A stretch of 62,196 bases of DNA, the filler included, from Vannella sp. (Eukaryota): assembly GCA_023345925.1 (NCBI GenBank). It is 6 parts of 6 records of this genome, joined end to end, with 100 filler letters (N's around TTAATTAATTAA, not from the genome) between each part and the next. Parts side by side here need not be neighbours in the genome. Positions count along the whole stretch, not along the records: positions 30,259 to 36,633 come from JAJQQN010000554.1; positions 36,734 to 53,503 come from JAJQQN010001268.1; 4 more parts are not named here. One strand, 5' to 3'. The position numbers and the translations under genes were made by a program. How positions within the stretch are numbered: the first letter of the stretch is position 1; each line of letters starts with the position of its first letter. The notes under the pieces are model-generated. The model had not been told where the DNA came from and did no database searches. It saw only the letters and a program-made list of their open reading frames with translations. This document shows positions 32,564-44,982 of the stretch, one piece after another.

Positions 32564-35500
32564 CTATTCAAGTGACTTGCGAGGGTCGGGCAGGAGGAAC
32601 GAAGATATGGCACCGTTAATACCCGATATCCAATAGCTCTTCTACACTGCACTTGCAGCGCACATTACTGTGCGAACTGGACTGTTCGTTCGGACCAAGG
32701 TGAAGGCAAAATTGGCTCCTTTCGCTGGAGGCAAGAAGTGAGATAGTGACTTGACTTGAATCGAATAGAGATGCACTTACGGAGTTCTGAATCCTCTTTT
32801 ACATCCCAGATGATGCAGCTGTCTAGAGGGATAACAGTCTGAAGCTTGTACTTCTTCCCGATGGACTTTGCGATGAGAATCATGTCTGAGAAGAGGAAGA
32901 AGTGTCGCCTTGACAGTTTGCCCGTCTTGGAGTCCAGTTGCTTATAGTTACCCTCCATCACATATTTGCAGTCCTTAGAGAACTTCACTTGGCCCTCCTA
33001 GAGCGAACGTCAACACAAACTCCCTGGCCAAGTGAGATACTCACGTCTCCTTGCCAGATAAAGCTGCTTTGAATCTCAATCATCTTGACGACCGAATCTA
33101 TCAGTCGCTTGGATTCGTTGGCCATTCCAACCACTTTGTCGATATCGCTCTTTGCAGAGACTAACTTGGCTTGCTCCCCAGAGGACTTGGACGCGTATTT
33201 GATCAATTGGCCTAACAAAAGAGGATATCTGGTAACTCTTTGGAATGGCTTGACCAAGTAACTTGACATGTCTTCACGACGAGACTCTGGCATCTGCTTG
33301 ACCATCTGGATGAATTGGACGAAGAGAGAGTTTGTCTCTATCAGACGTTGTGTAGTCTCAATAGCATTGGTTTGGTTGGTACAATAGGTATTATACTTGA
33401 CCATATCTTCTGAAATCAAAGCAAACGCATCCCCTATCGAGGGAAGCGTCACACCATCGCATACCGTCAAAGCAGTGAAGAACTTTAAATTCACTTCAAA
33501 GAGCTCCTCCACGTTACCAAAAAGAAGTGGCAAGTAATGGTCTATGACCACAGGACACTCATTCTCAAGAGGTCTCTTATAAAGCTACAACGCGTTAGAG
33601 TGCGACCACATAGAAGGAGAGTTCGAGTTCTTACTCCGATGATAACCGCTAGACCCCGCACATAACCCTCTTCCGTATTAATGAATTCGTTGAATACTTC
33701 AGCGTATTGCTTTTGTCGCTTATCTTCAGGGTCAAGTGGATAAGCGGGCTTTTCAGGAATGCGCGCCGCCAGTTCGTTGTAGTATTCCAAAGGAATCTGT
33801 GGTATGGATACAACTGCTGCTTGAGATAAGGAGAGCCGCGCCTGCTTCGCTTTGGGTGGGACTTGGGGAGACGATAAAGGTGCTGTTTGCTCACTCATAG
33901 TCCTCGGCTTCTGTTGGAGAACAACACTTGGAGGAGACACAAGGAGAGTCGTCTTTCTCTTTTCCGCTTGTGATGGAACGGCGCCCATTCGCATAGAATG
34001 AAAGGCTGGAACACTGGACGAGACTGCTGGGTCCGCAGATTTGTTTCTGATAATCACTTCTCGACTTGTTGGCTTGACAGGAACAGGAGGAGGCAGAATC
34101 AACTCTCTGGGTTTCAAAGGTTTGGGAGGGAGAGATTGCTTGGGACTTCCCACAATAAGATTAGAAGAGGATGCATTCGGCGAGCCAGTCACACTCTTCC
34201 GGGTCTTCACAAGGACACGGGGCCTCTGTGTAAGTCCTGAAGAAGCAAGGTTATCAGTGAGTTTGCTAATGTGAGCACAACGCTTCATCACATCGCTGCT
34301 CTCTGAGAACCCCATTTGCTCTTTAAGTATGCGGGTCAGTTCGGATACATTCTCCTGAAGCTCTCTAATGGTCTGAGGGTTAGCTGAGGCTCCTGGAAGA
34401 GCTCCTAAAGATCCTGTTTTGCTGGGAATGGGAGGTGGTGCAGTTCGCGGAGTTGCCACGGCTCCTACCAGGCCATCTTGTAATTCTTTATGTCCAATCA
34501 CCTGCGAGTCGAGGACATCTACACAACTCCCTCAGTTCCACAGAAAGTCTTCCACTCATTGGACTTACGTGGTAGTAGCTCGTGAAGGGTGAACATTGCA
34601 TTACCCCCGTACGCATAAATACCGTAGTCCACAAGGTTGAGGGAATGCCCAGCGCGTTGGAAGGTTTGGCGAATCTCTGTCGAGTTGCTTTCGTACTTGA
34701 TCCAAGTGTGCGTTTCTGCATCGAAGGCATTGATGTCGGCTCTTATCTTGCCCTCCAAGTCAACGCCCCCATAAACGAGTATCAGCCTGTCATTAATGAC
34801 AATTGTGGCGTGTCCAAAGCGATGACCAGGTCCAACGCCGCTGGCCTCCACTCTGCTCCATTCCCCCGTGGCAATATCCAAAATCCAGACATCAGAGAAG
34901 GTCTCCTTCTCACTGCGCCCTCCGATAATGTACAATTCTTCCCCAATCAGATTGGCAGTGTGCTGGTGACGTCCTGCAGGCGCCTGTGCGGGGTTCTGCA
35001 CATCCACAAAAGACCACAAATTGGTCTCCACATTGAAGATGTGAACATCATTGTAGAATCGATCCCCTCCAGATCCCCCAAACACCAAGAATTGATTTGA
35101 AGAGATCTCTGTGGCCGTGTGGCCCGCGCGGGGGGTTATCATGTAAGACCCTTCAGGCTTAATAACTGACCAAGTCATTTGCTCTATCTAGGCATTCAGG
35201 GATGCGTACGGGCGGGATAAGAGGTATCAACTTACGTAAATCCAGTGCCCGGAGGTTGCTAAAGTACTTGCCATTGTTGAACCCGCCAAAGAGGATTATT
35301 TTGCTTTCAAATAAACAGGCTGAGTGCCTGCAAAGGGGTGGAGGAGCATCCCCTCGAGAAGTGAGACATTGCCACTCAAGCGTCTCTCCGTTGAGAAAGG
35401 CCAAGTCCCCGTAAATCGTTGTGGGATGGAGAAAATCGTTCTCCCCGCCGTAAATGTAAAGTCTGTTGTTGAAGACAGCGGTGCTGGCATTGCAGCGGGG

Positions 35501-36302
35501 GTTGGGCCACTTCCCAGTGGTCTCTACAAGCTTCCAAGGAACCTGCTTCCAGTTCGCTTCTTGAACAGCGCCCGTCAGGTGCGGCCCGTGCTCCAAAGCA
35601 AGGTGCATGAGAGTTTCTCCCGCCCTGTTGCGGACACTGATGTCAGCCCCAGCGCGGCATAGCGCCTGAAAGATGTCTTCTCTCCCTCTACGAATGGCGT
35701 AGTGTATGGGCGTATCACCGTCTCTGAAGGAACAGGTTAGTCCAGAATATGGGAAGGAAGGGCAGGCGGGCTTACTCCGTAATGGCACCAAGGCTAGCAC
35801 CCGCATCAATGACAGTTTGAATGAGTTCACTACTACTATTGATACACGCAAAGTGAAGGGCGGTCTGTCCTCTGTGGTTGGAGGAGTCGATGTTGCAGCC
35901 GGCTTTCAGCATCATTTGAGAGATCCTGAGAACCTCGGGAGCCTCCTCCTCTACAACAGGCATAGAAAGCAGCATGCTCAAAGAGGAAGCACCGCTGACC
36001 GTCAAAAGGCCCGGATTAGCCTTGTTCGTAAGCAGCAAGTCGCAGAGAGGAAAGTTCTGGCCGGAGGCTGCATAATGGAGGGCTGTAAGTCCACAATCAT
36101 CCTTAGAGCATGTGTTGGCACCACGTTTCAAGAGCAGCTTGGTGATCTCCAAGCGGTTGTGGATCGCCGCGATGATAAGCGGTGTCCGTTCCCGCTCATC
36201 CAGACAGTCCACGTCCTTGCACCAGCTTAACCAAGCTCTCACCTTCACCAAATCACCCCGTTTCACAGCAGGATGTGGAACAAACCCTTCCACCTCCTTC
36301 AT
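32564..36302 (-). CDS. Ankyrin - Kelch - Pro-rich - RhoGEF (DH-PH) protein, multi-exon; in-frame TAG at 32642-32644
   Basis: Ankyrins (RTPLIIAA, GLTALHYAA, GQTALHFAC, GDTPIHYA), Kelch blades (PRCNAS..LYIYGG, PRAGHTA..VFGG), DH (EFINTEEGYVRGL...YLVKPFQRVTRYPLLL), PH (RHFFLFSDMILI). Confidence 0.85.
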
Positions 36303-36420
36303 CCCGTCTTTGGGGAGCAATAAATGGGGATCCAAGCCAATTCATCGAAAGGATATTTACGATAAGATTAGTAAGGGCGTGGTCAAAAGGGCGAAATCAT
36401 TTATTTCTAGGCCGTCGAGC

Positions 36421-36633
36421 ATGGTGAGGAGGGGAAGGGTGTGGGGAAGAGTGTTTGGTTGGCTTCGTTGTTCAGAAGGAGTAATAGATGGGGTGTAGTC
36501 AATTTTGGAGTACAATGGAGGGTCGGTGTTGGCCATGGTAGGGAAGAACTGCGTGGCAATCGCCTCAGATACCCGCTTTGGTATTCAGGCTCAGACTGTG
36601 GCTATGGACTTCTCCAAGGTGTTCCGAGTGACA
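36421..36633 (+). CDS. PSMB3: 20S proteasome subunit beta-3, 5' part
   Basis: ATG 36421-36423, intron GTGAGG...TGTAG (36424-36498), then [42 protein letters not shown]. Not in the ORF track. Confidence 0.9.
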
Positions 36634-36733
36634 NNNNNNNNNNNNNNNNNNNNNNNNNNNNNNNNNNNNNNNNNNNNTTAATTAATTAANNNNNNNNNNN
36701 NNNNNNNNNNNNNNNNNNNNNNNNNNNNNNNNN
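36634..36733. other. Artificial contig spacer
   Basis: Same linker. Confidence 0.98.
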
Positions 36734-37033
36734 TTCTCTCCAGGGAGAACAGATTCTCTTGATCATCTTTCCGGCAATACGGGCGATCCTTATCCGCACA
36801 CTAGCTTGTTGTATGAGGGAAACGTTGTAAGCACTACATTTGAACAGAAGTAGGGCAATTGCCCTTGCATCTCCATTTGTCCTTGCGCTCATCAGAATAG
36901 CTCAGGCACACACTCTCATCCTTCTTCTTGGCTCTTCATCATCAACAAATGAAGGGTAACCGGATTTCCCGCCCAATTGATGGTCCCATTGATATGCTCC
37001 CGACACGCTCTTGACGAGGACAGAGATCTTTGT

Positions 37034-37766
37034 TCAGTCTTTGGGAAGATCACTGGAAGGCAGATTGTAGCAAGCGCGGCAAACAGCCAAGTATTTCTCT
37101 TTGCCCCCGATCACTTGGACTTCTGTTTCGGAGGAGAGGCGGCGGGAGAAGTGGGCATCTTTGCAGCGGCAAGACATGCATACAGCACTGAGTTTGGTGA
37201 TGTTCTCGGCCAGAGGAATGAGCGACAGAACCTCACCAAAAGGGTTCCTTTGAAAGGTGCCGTCCAATGCTGCCACTACGACCGTTTTGCCTTCGTCAGA
37301 CCACTTTCTGGCCCACTCAACTATGTCTGGGAACTAGCAAACGTCACAAAAGGACAAGCGTAAGAGGGAAGAAGGACGTACGAACTGTCCTTCGTCAATG
37401 CCGATCACGTCGATTCCTCGCACTCGGTCTTCCGCTTCGGAGAGCCTTGTACATGGGAAAGCCTTCGTTTTCTGTCTAGTTCGTTGCGGAGTGAGACAGA
37501 GAGGGCTGAGAATGGATGGAGACGTACTGATCGTGTGTAACTGCGTCAGCCTCATCGTAGCGCGTATCGTCTCTATACTTGATAACAACACAGCTCTTTT
37601 GTGCCACTGCGTAACGCCTAAGTCGTCGCAACAGCTCCGTAGTCTTCCCTGAGAACATGGGCCCGAGGATGATCTCCAAAGATCCTTCCGTAGCTGCCAA
37701 CGAGTTCCATGATCGATGCACTAACACACTCATACAACCACGCGCAAGACGGCACCCACGCAACAT
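37034..37766 (-). CDS. TK1: Thymidine kinase, type II (TK1 family), 3 exons
   Basis: [71 protein letters not shown]. Confidence 0.93.
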
Positions 37767-37821
37767 GGAGGACCGAAACAGCAAAGTAATGAAGAAAAAG
37801 ATGAATTCCTGGAAATTTTAA

Positions 37822-40800
37822 TTAATTTGCCTTTTGGCTCTCCTCGCTGTCCTCTTTCTGTTGACACGATTCCTTCAGAGTTTGGAGTTGAACACGGAAG
37901 GAGTCTAATGTGTTGCGGTACTTTTTGATTTCAGCTTCTGATTGGCGGAAAAGCGCGAGTTTCTGTGAGACTGTTTGGACCAGTTCCATCAAACTCTCTC
38001 GAGAGTCTTTCAATTCGTTGCAAACCACAGAGAGAGTTGATCGGAGAGGTTCCTTATTTTCAGTACTCACTGCTGGATCTTCTAAGTGGCGCCGGAGCTG
38101 TTCTATGGTGGCTGGAAGGGCATCCGTGTTCTTCTTGAGTTCAAGCATTTTGGTGTTGGATGCTTGGTATTCTGCTGTTATTGTTGGATGGCGTAATTCA
38201 GCTTCTTGTAATTGGATCTCCAGGCGTTGGATTTCCTCTTGCAAGCGAGTAATGCGTTCCAGAAGGGCCAGCCGAGCGTCTTTTTCAGAGATATCTTGTT
38301 TAGCTTTGATGACTAAAGTCTCCAGCTCTTTGAATCGTGGTAAGAACTTCTTTTGCTGAGTCGTGAGCTTGTTGAGTTGCTTGGACATGGTTTCTATCTT
38401 AACATTGGCTTCTGATTTCTCTGCTTTCTCCTGTTCCAAAGAGGAAGCGAGTTCGGCAGCACGAGGACGGAGTTCTTCTAACTCTCCCTGAAGAGAGGAA
38501 TTCAGTTCAGTACTTTCTTCGTACTTCTCTTGCAAAGCAGCGATGGCTGCTTTGGTAGAAATTAATGATGAAGATAGTCGAGATGTCTCTTCCCTCTCGC
38601 GATCCAACAAAATAAGGGCTTCTTGCTTTCCTTCTTCGAGCTCAGGAATCTTCTGAGCTTGCTCAATACTAAGTGCCTGCAAGTCATCGTAGGTTTCGAG
38701 CTTTGCCTGGAGAAAATCTGTCTTCTCCTGCATTGAAGCTATCTCTTCTTTCCTCGCTTCCAGGCGAGCAGTCAATTGAGATACTTCTTGCTGAGCTGCA
38801 AAAGAGTCGCGTTCCACTAACTCGTTGGCTTGTTTGAGCAGAGTGAGTGACTCTGATAGCTGCAGGTTGTTGGTCTTGACCAAAGAGAGTTCTTCTTGAA
38901 GGGAAGTTTGCTGCGCCCGCAACTTTTCACGTTCCGCCTGAAGAGTCGTTTGCTCAGCCTCTAACTTTGCCTTTGCTTGTTTCAGTTCAACCAACGATTG
39001 CTCTTTCGTTTGGAGGACATCTCTCAGGCTCAAGCAGAGCTCTTCGCTATCTTTCAAAGAGATTTGGAGTTGCTCTGCATGTCGCGAGGATTCTCGTTCT
39101 GATGTTTCCAATTTCTTCAGCTTCTTTCCAAGTTCATCCTTGTCCTTCTGCAACTGCTCAAGCTGATCTAATTCTCCGCCTTTAGCGACAAGGACAGCCT
39201 TGAGATCTTCCAAGTCACACTCTCTTGAAGCAAAAGTCTGTGCGAGTTTGGCTTTCTCTGACTCGGTAGAACTCAGAGAACTGGTCAATTCTTGGATGCG
39301 GGACTCTAACTGCTTGATATTTGAGGCATCCCTACCTGCCTGGACTTTCAGTAACTCTGTTTGGGCCAAAGTGGTCTTCAATTGGTCACCCAGAGGAAGA
39401 AGTTGCGCAACTTGGGACTCAAGTAATTCAGTTTTCTTTGCCACTCGCTGAACTTCAAGCTCACTCTGATTCTTCTCACTTGCAAGGACTGCAGCTTCTT
39501 TCTGAAGATCCATTAGAGCACTTTGAAGCTCCTCATTATTTGCTGTCTTCCTCTTGTTATCAGTCACTAGCTTTGCGGAAGTTTGCTGAAGCTTGACCAC
39601 CAACTCTTTACTGTCATTGAGAGCGGTTGTAGTCTCCTTGATTGTGACTTTTTGCTGGCGGCACTCCAACGAAGACTGTTTCAGTTGGCTTTTTGTTTCT
39701 TCAAGCTCGTTTTGGAGTTTTGCATGCTCTTTTTGAAGAGGGGAGAGCTTTTTCTTCAGCTCTTGGATCTCCTGCTTGGCACTCTCCGACGCATCCGCTG
39801 ATTTGGTAAAGGAAAAGCTGCGTTTCTTTTTGCCCTGCTTCTTGTAGGATTCTGTTTCTTTGGTGCTTTCCTCCAAGGCTAAACGGAGCATTTCCAACTC
39901 AGTTTCCCGCGCGCTTAAGAGTTGGGCCTGTTCCATGTGCAACGCCTCCAGTGTAGACAATTGTGACTTGGCCTCCTTTAGCTCCTCTTCAGTCCTAGTA
40001 GAGCCTGGTTCTGATCCTTCCTCTTGTTTTGACGCTTTCTCTGGCTCTTGCCCTTCGGTTTGGCCTATTTCCCTCTCCCCTTCCGGAGATCCAATGACCT
40101 CAGCGGCTTGTAAAGACAGCAGCTCCTCAGCAGCAGATTTTGCACAAGATAGCCTGTGAGCCTCCTCTTGTAAATCCTTCAAAGATACCTGGATTGCTGA
40201 CAATTCCTCCTCCTTTGAGTTGAGTGTGTTGCGAAGTTTCTCCGATATTGCGGCTGATTCCTCCAACTGTACTTGTAGTTGACAGTACTCCTGAGTCCTT
40301 TCATCCAGAATCTGCTGAATCCTTGTGGCATTAGAAATAGCCTCTTCTTGTGTGGACTGGGACAATGTCAATTCCTCTACCTTCTGTCCAAGAGAGTCCT
40401 GTAAACTAGCTATTGATTGCTTGTTTGCTTCTTCCCCTTCTTGTAGCGCCCGAATTCGGCCTTCCAAACTCTCCATAACTCTGGAGGAAGAAGTCTCTGC
40501 TTCAATCTGCCTCTCTTTTTCAGCACAAAGCTCGGCGAGAGCGGCTTTGTCCGTTTGCTGTTCATCTATCAAGAATTGCATCTTCTCTTTCAACAGAGAA
40601 AGAGTCTCTTCCAGACTTTCCTTCTCTCTTTGAATGACTTCCCTCGTGGATTGTTCCTTCTCTTCTTGTGTCCTGGCCAGAGCCAGCTGTGATTGGAGGT
40701 CTCTCATTTCCTCTCGAAGAGCCTCAATGGAGTGAAGATGCTCCTTCTCTTTGACCTGCTGAGCCTTCAGAGTCTGCATTGTTTGGTCGCTGGTCATGCT

Positions 40801-41692
40801 GGATTGTAGGAGGAGCTTGGCATTAGCTTCCTTGATCTCCTCTCTCAGAGATTGGATGAGTTCCCGGTCTATACTATCTCGCTGGGCCAGCTCGTCCTTG
40901 ACAGAGCCAATGTGGTCCAAAGTGCTCCTTTGCGCGGCGAGTGTGCGCTCAGACTCCTGTTGGACTTGCTCCATAGCGTTCTCCTGCGCAGCAATCTTCT
41001 GCTCCATCTCCATGAACTTGCTCTCCTTCTCTTTAGCCTCTGCTGCGCGCGCATCAATGCCCCTTTGGCGGGCCATTGCACTCTCAAGGGACTCTTTGGG
41101 CAAGGGGAGGTTGTCAAAGTCGACATCCTTCAAGCATAGATTGAACTGGATCATTGAGAGAGGCGCCATGGCAGCAATGAGCATGTGAATCTCATCTTCT
41201 TGCCTCATCATGGCCCAGGACTCGTACCATTCCTCTACCAGCGGTTCATTACGAGCCAAAGCAGAGATGTAACTCTCTAAGGTCTGTTCCATCAAGGCGC
41301 AACGTATCCAGGCTCGCCCTTTGCCTCCAGAAGTGCGCACGCCGTTCAAGTTCTCCACATTCTCAATACAGCTTCGTGAGTGCGGCAGGAACTTCTTCAA
41401 ACAGTTCACAAAGTCATAGTAGTCCAAATCCCAGCCAAAGAGCCGCTTACACTTGGTCTCTGAGCCCAAATCAGCCGCCAAACCTCCTCACGGACGCCCT
41501 TTTCGACTTACCTCGCAGCCCGAACCGCAGGATCCCCTCCACCGCTCCACAGAAGTGATCCAAAGCAGTACTATCTTCTAACACAACCTCTGAACGAGCG
41601 CCCCCTGCAGAGGCAATGACCAAACGCAAGCTGAGTTGCAGCTTCTTCAAGAGCTCGGTGCGCTGCTGCTCCGTCCGCCCGTTTGACGCCAT
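37822..41692 (-). CDS. RUN-domain protein with ~1050-aa coiled coil (RUFY-like, no FYVE seen)
   Basis: FCGAVEGILRFGLR, GKGRAWIRCALME, WYESWAMM...FNL, followed by continuous E/K/Q/L heptads. Confidence 0.85.
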
Positions 41693-41751
41693 CACCCAAT
41701 GACCCTCTCTCAAGAGGAAGAGGGAAAATCATTTGGAATTGACTGGGGACC

Positions 41752-44110
41752 ATGGAAGAGCCCCTCTTGGTGGAGCCGACCACGGCGGTGGACCAAGCGC
41801 ACTTGAGGAAGCGGAGTTTGAGCCATCCAGAGACTTCATTCAAGGAGTTACAGAAGCGAGGAAGCTCCACGCATGTTGCAAGTGAGTCGGGACACGGGAT
41901 GGACGAGAGGTGTCGTGTTGACAAGAGTTGAGGCCCATTTACGGTTGTGAGTGCGATAGGGGAGCTCCCTGGGGAGAGATATGGACACAGTGCGGTCGTA
42001 GATAGTGAAGGAGATGATGGGGAAGGGTTCCTGTACGTGTTTGGAGGGTCTAATTCCATCTCCAACCACTTCTTCTCCAACGAGCTCTTTTCCTTTCGCT
42101 TTCGCACTCGCTGTTGGGCTGTTGTGTCTCCCAAAGTGTCTGGCGGTGAGAATGATGTGCAACAAGGGCGTCCTTCTATGTCAGTGGCTCCTGCAGCGCC
42201 AAAAGAGGAGCCAGTGTGGCCCCAAGGGCGCCACTTCCACTCTGCCGTGGTCCATCACCACCGCATGATCATCTGTGGGGGAAAGTCCAATGGCTACATG
42301 AATGACGTGCTCGCCTTTGACTTTCGTAAGCTTTGAAGGGCGCCTACGGACCAGAAACTCATCCCACTGGCTGTTCAGGAACAAAGGAGTGGGAAGAGAT
42401 CGTTCCACAGAGTGATGAACGCATGAACAAGCGATACGGACACAGTGCGGTCATCTACAACGAATCCATGTACATCTTTGGTGGTTATGACGACTTTGGC
42501 TTGAGCTGCAACGACCTTTGGGAGTTCAACTTTGGTGAGGATGCTCTCTTCTATACACCTGACACTGACACCACCCAGACATGCGAGAATGGAGGCGCAT
42601 TCAGACACTTGGCCGTTCCCCTGAACGATATCATCACTCTGCAGTAGCCTTTGAAGGGAGCTTGTATGTTTTTGGAGGGTTCCAAGGCTACGACGACTTG
42701 TTTGAGTACCGGTTTGGGAGCCGCACGTGGTCAACAATCAACACAAAGGGCGCTCCTGCGAACCCTCGATGGGGCCACAGCGCTATCGTCGTCAAGCGGT
42801 GCATGTATATATTTGGAGGTTGCGATCTCGTTGTCAATTACAATGACCTGCATCGCTTCCACTTCGGTGAGCTCTCTTGCATTCAAAAAGAGAGTTTCTG
42901 ACTTGCCGGAATTCAGATTCTAGTCGTTGGGAGAAGCTCACTGGAGGAGGCTACTTGCAAGGCTATTTTTCAAGCGTGAGCTTACATAAGGACCGTATCT
43001 TTATCTTTGGAGGGAAGAACGTTCACAACTACAACTTTAACGAACTCTTTGAGTATCGCGTTGGTGGGTGACCCTCTTCTGGTTCTCGACTGGCGGGAGA
43101 ATGACTTGACTTCACTAGATGTCGAGTCTAAAGCAAACCCAAACACATTTGAGCACGATTTCCGGAATATGTTGTTCAACAACGAATTTACTGACGTTCT
43201 TTTCCGCTTTCCTGACGAAGTGAGTTACTGAGTTGATGGCTTTGCTGTTGATTGACGCGGTTTCAAGGCCAGAACCATACGAGCACATCGTTGCATTCTA
43301 TTTGCACGATGTAACAAGTTTAGGCAGTTAATCCCGACTACTTCTGGACGGTTTGCTCCCCCTTCAGAAGCCGCCTCTCTTCGTGGCCGTCAATTGGAAG
43401 AAGCTCCTGCCTCTCCTGCACAGAATGAGCGAATTGACAAAGTCAGGGGGCGGAGAAGCAAGTCGCGGCCGAGCTCTTTGGGGAGCGATGATGTGGAGAA
43501 GATCAATTCTCGGCGCAAAAGGAAGAAAGGGAGGTCAAGGAGGTCCCAAAGAGGCTTAGAATCACTAGCAATCAGTCAAGATTCATCGGATAGTCTTGAT
43601 TTGCCAGATCCAGAGCCTCTTTCTCTCATTAGCTCACCAGGAAGGGAATTCAAGAATGAAGAGCCCCTCGACGACGACATCCTCGAGGAACTCTCCCACT
43701 ACGAAGTCATCATCACCAAAACCAAGTATGAAGTATTTCGGCGCTTCCTGGAGTACATCTACTCGGGCTATCTGGACAAGGTACAGCCCCACGCGTTCGA
43801 TTTACTCCCTTTGGCCTCCGAGTTTGGCTCAGAGCATCTGAAGAAGATGTGCGCTGTTAAGATCCAGCTCGCTCTTGATGTCAGCAATGTCCTGGCAGCC
43901 CTCCGACTGGCAGATGCTCTTCGAGTGGACGAGTTGAAGACAGCTTGTCTTTGTTTCATTGCTGAACACCGCCAAGAAGTATCGCCGGCCCTCCGCAAGG
44001 GAGAACTCCATCCCGACCTTCTCAAACAAGTGAAGAAGTGGCTGACCATTCAGAGTTTAGAGAAGCTCCAAAGCAACTCCACACCAATCTATCAGTCCAT
44101 CCTGACTTAG
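41752..44110 (+). CDS. Kelch-repeat / BTB protein (LZTR1-like architecture), multi-exon
   Basis: About six Kelch blades (ERYGHSAVV, GRHFHSAVV, KRYGHSAV, RYHHSAV, PRWGHSA). BTB split by a Ser/Arg-rich insert: EFTDVLF..IRAHRCILFARC...VFRRFLEYIYSG...LKKMC. Confidence 0.85.
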
Positions 44111-44180
44111 GATTGGGCGTTTACAACGCATTTCCCTTTTTTGACTGGCCAATGCCATAACGCTGACAGGGAAGCAGCTC

Positions 44181-44878
44181 TCAGAACTCTTGGAGAAAGT
44201 CTGATAGAGATGGCTTGGCTTGATTGGACTGCTTCTTCTTGGCGCCTGCGAGGAGTGACTTCAAAGAGTTCTTCTGACGGTTCTTCTTTACGGCCGCTTT
44301 CGTGGGTGCTGGACTTGGCGATGATGAGCTTTGTAGCGCTGTAATAGTGCTCTTTGGGGCAGGCAAGCCACTTAGCTTTCGGGTTTGAGGGAGCTGTGGG
44401 AGTGGAGAGGGCTTCTTGGAGCTGATTCGGGCTGAGGGAGCGGTTAGGGGCGGGTAGGAGCTCTCTAAACTTTCAATGTCTGTTGCTGAAGCTCCTTTGT
44501 ACTCGTTTCGATGGCCACAAGCGAGACAATGAAGCGAAACCACTGTGTGCGTGCGCCGGACACTCCTTTTCTTCTTCCGGATCGTTTTGCTACTCCTGGG
44601 AAGCAGACGGACCCTGCAGTTCGTACCAGGAGCGAGTAATAGATCACATTGACTACATACACGGGTCTCAATGCTTTGAGAGAGCTTGATTCCCTGCAAA
44701 GCCGAACTGTCCTTCAGCTGATCTCTGCCCCCACGGTCACCACAACTTCACCAACAAGTTCCCCCACTCACAGCACATGTCGCACCAACGTATCTCCTCT
44801 CTGACTCCCAAAAAGCTGCTGAGAGACGTTCCACAAGTGCTCCAACGAGGACCGATCCGGTTCCTCCCTCAAAGCCAT
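44181..44878 (-). CDS. RNase P/MRP Rpr2/Rpp21-family zinc-ribbon protein
   Basis: RVCSQCDLLLAPGTNCRVRL...VVSLHCLACGH plus a basic tail. First exon MALREEPDRSSLEHLWNVS. Confidence 0.7.
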
Positions 44879-44982
44879 CAAAAAATGGCCAATTCCTCCG
44901 CCATCCTCTTCATTATTATATATCGGTGATTTTGGTGAAATTGGGAGTCAAAAGGAGGCACTTTGTGGGGTCGGTTGGCGCG

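Noticed and set aside
32642..32644. Genome-wide TAG reassignment
   Set aside because: ORFs of 800-2250 aa contain no in-frame TAG, and ITPK1, DDX23 and the Kelch-BTB gene end in TAG.
36734..36960. Short minus-strand ORF at the contig edge
   Set aside because: No consistent frame or recognisable motif could be established.
37910..41188. Multiple long plus-strand ORFs
   Set aside because: Antisense shadows of the E/K/Q-rich coiled-coil gene.
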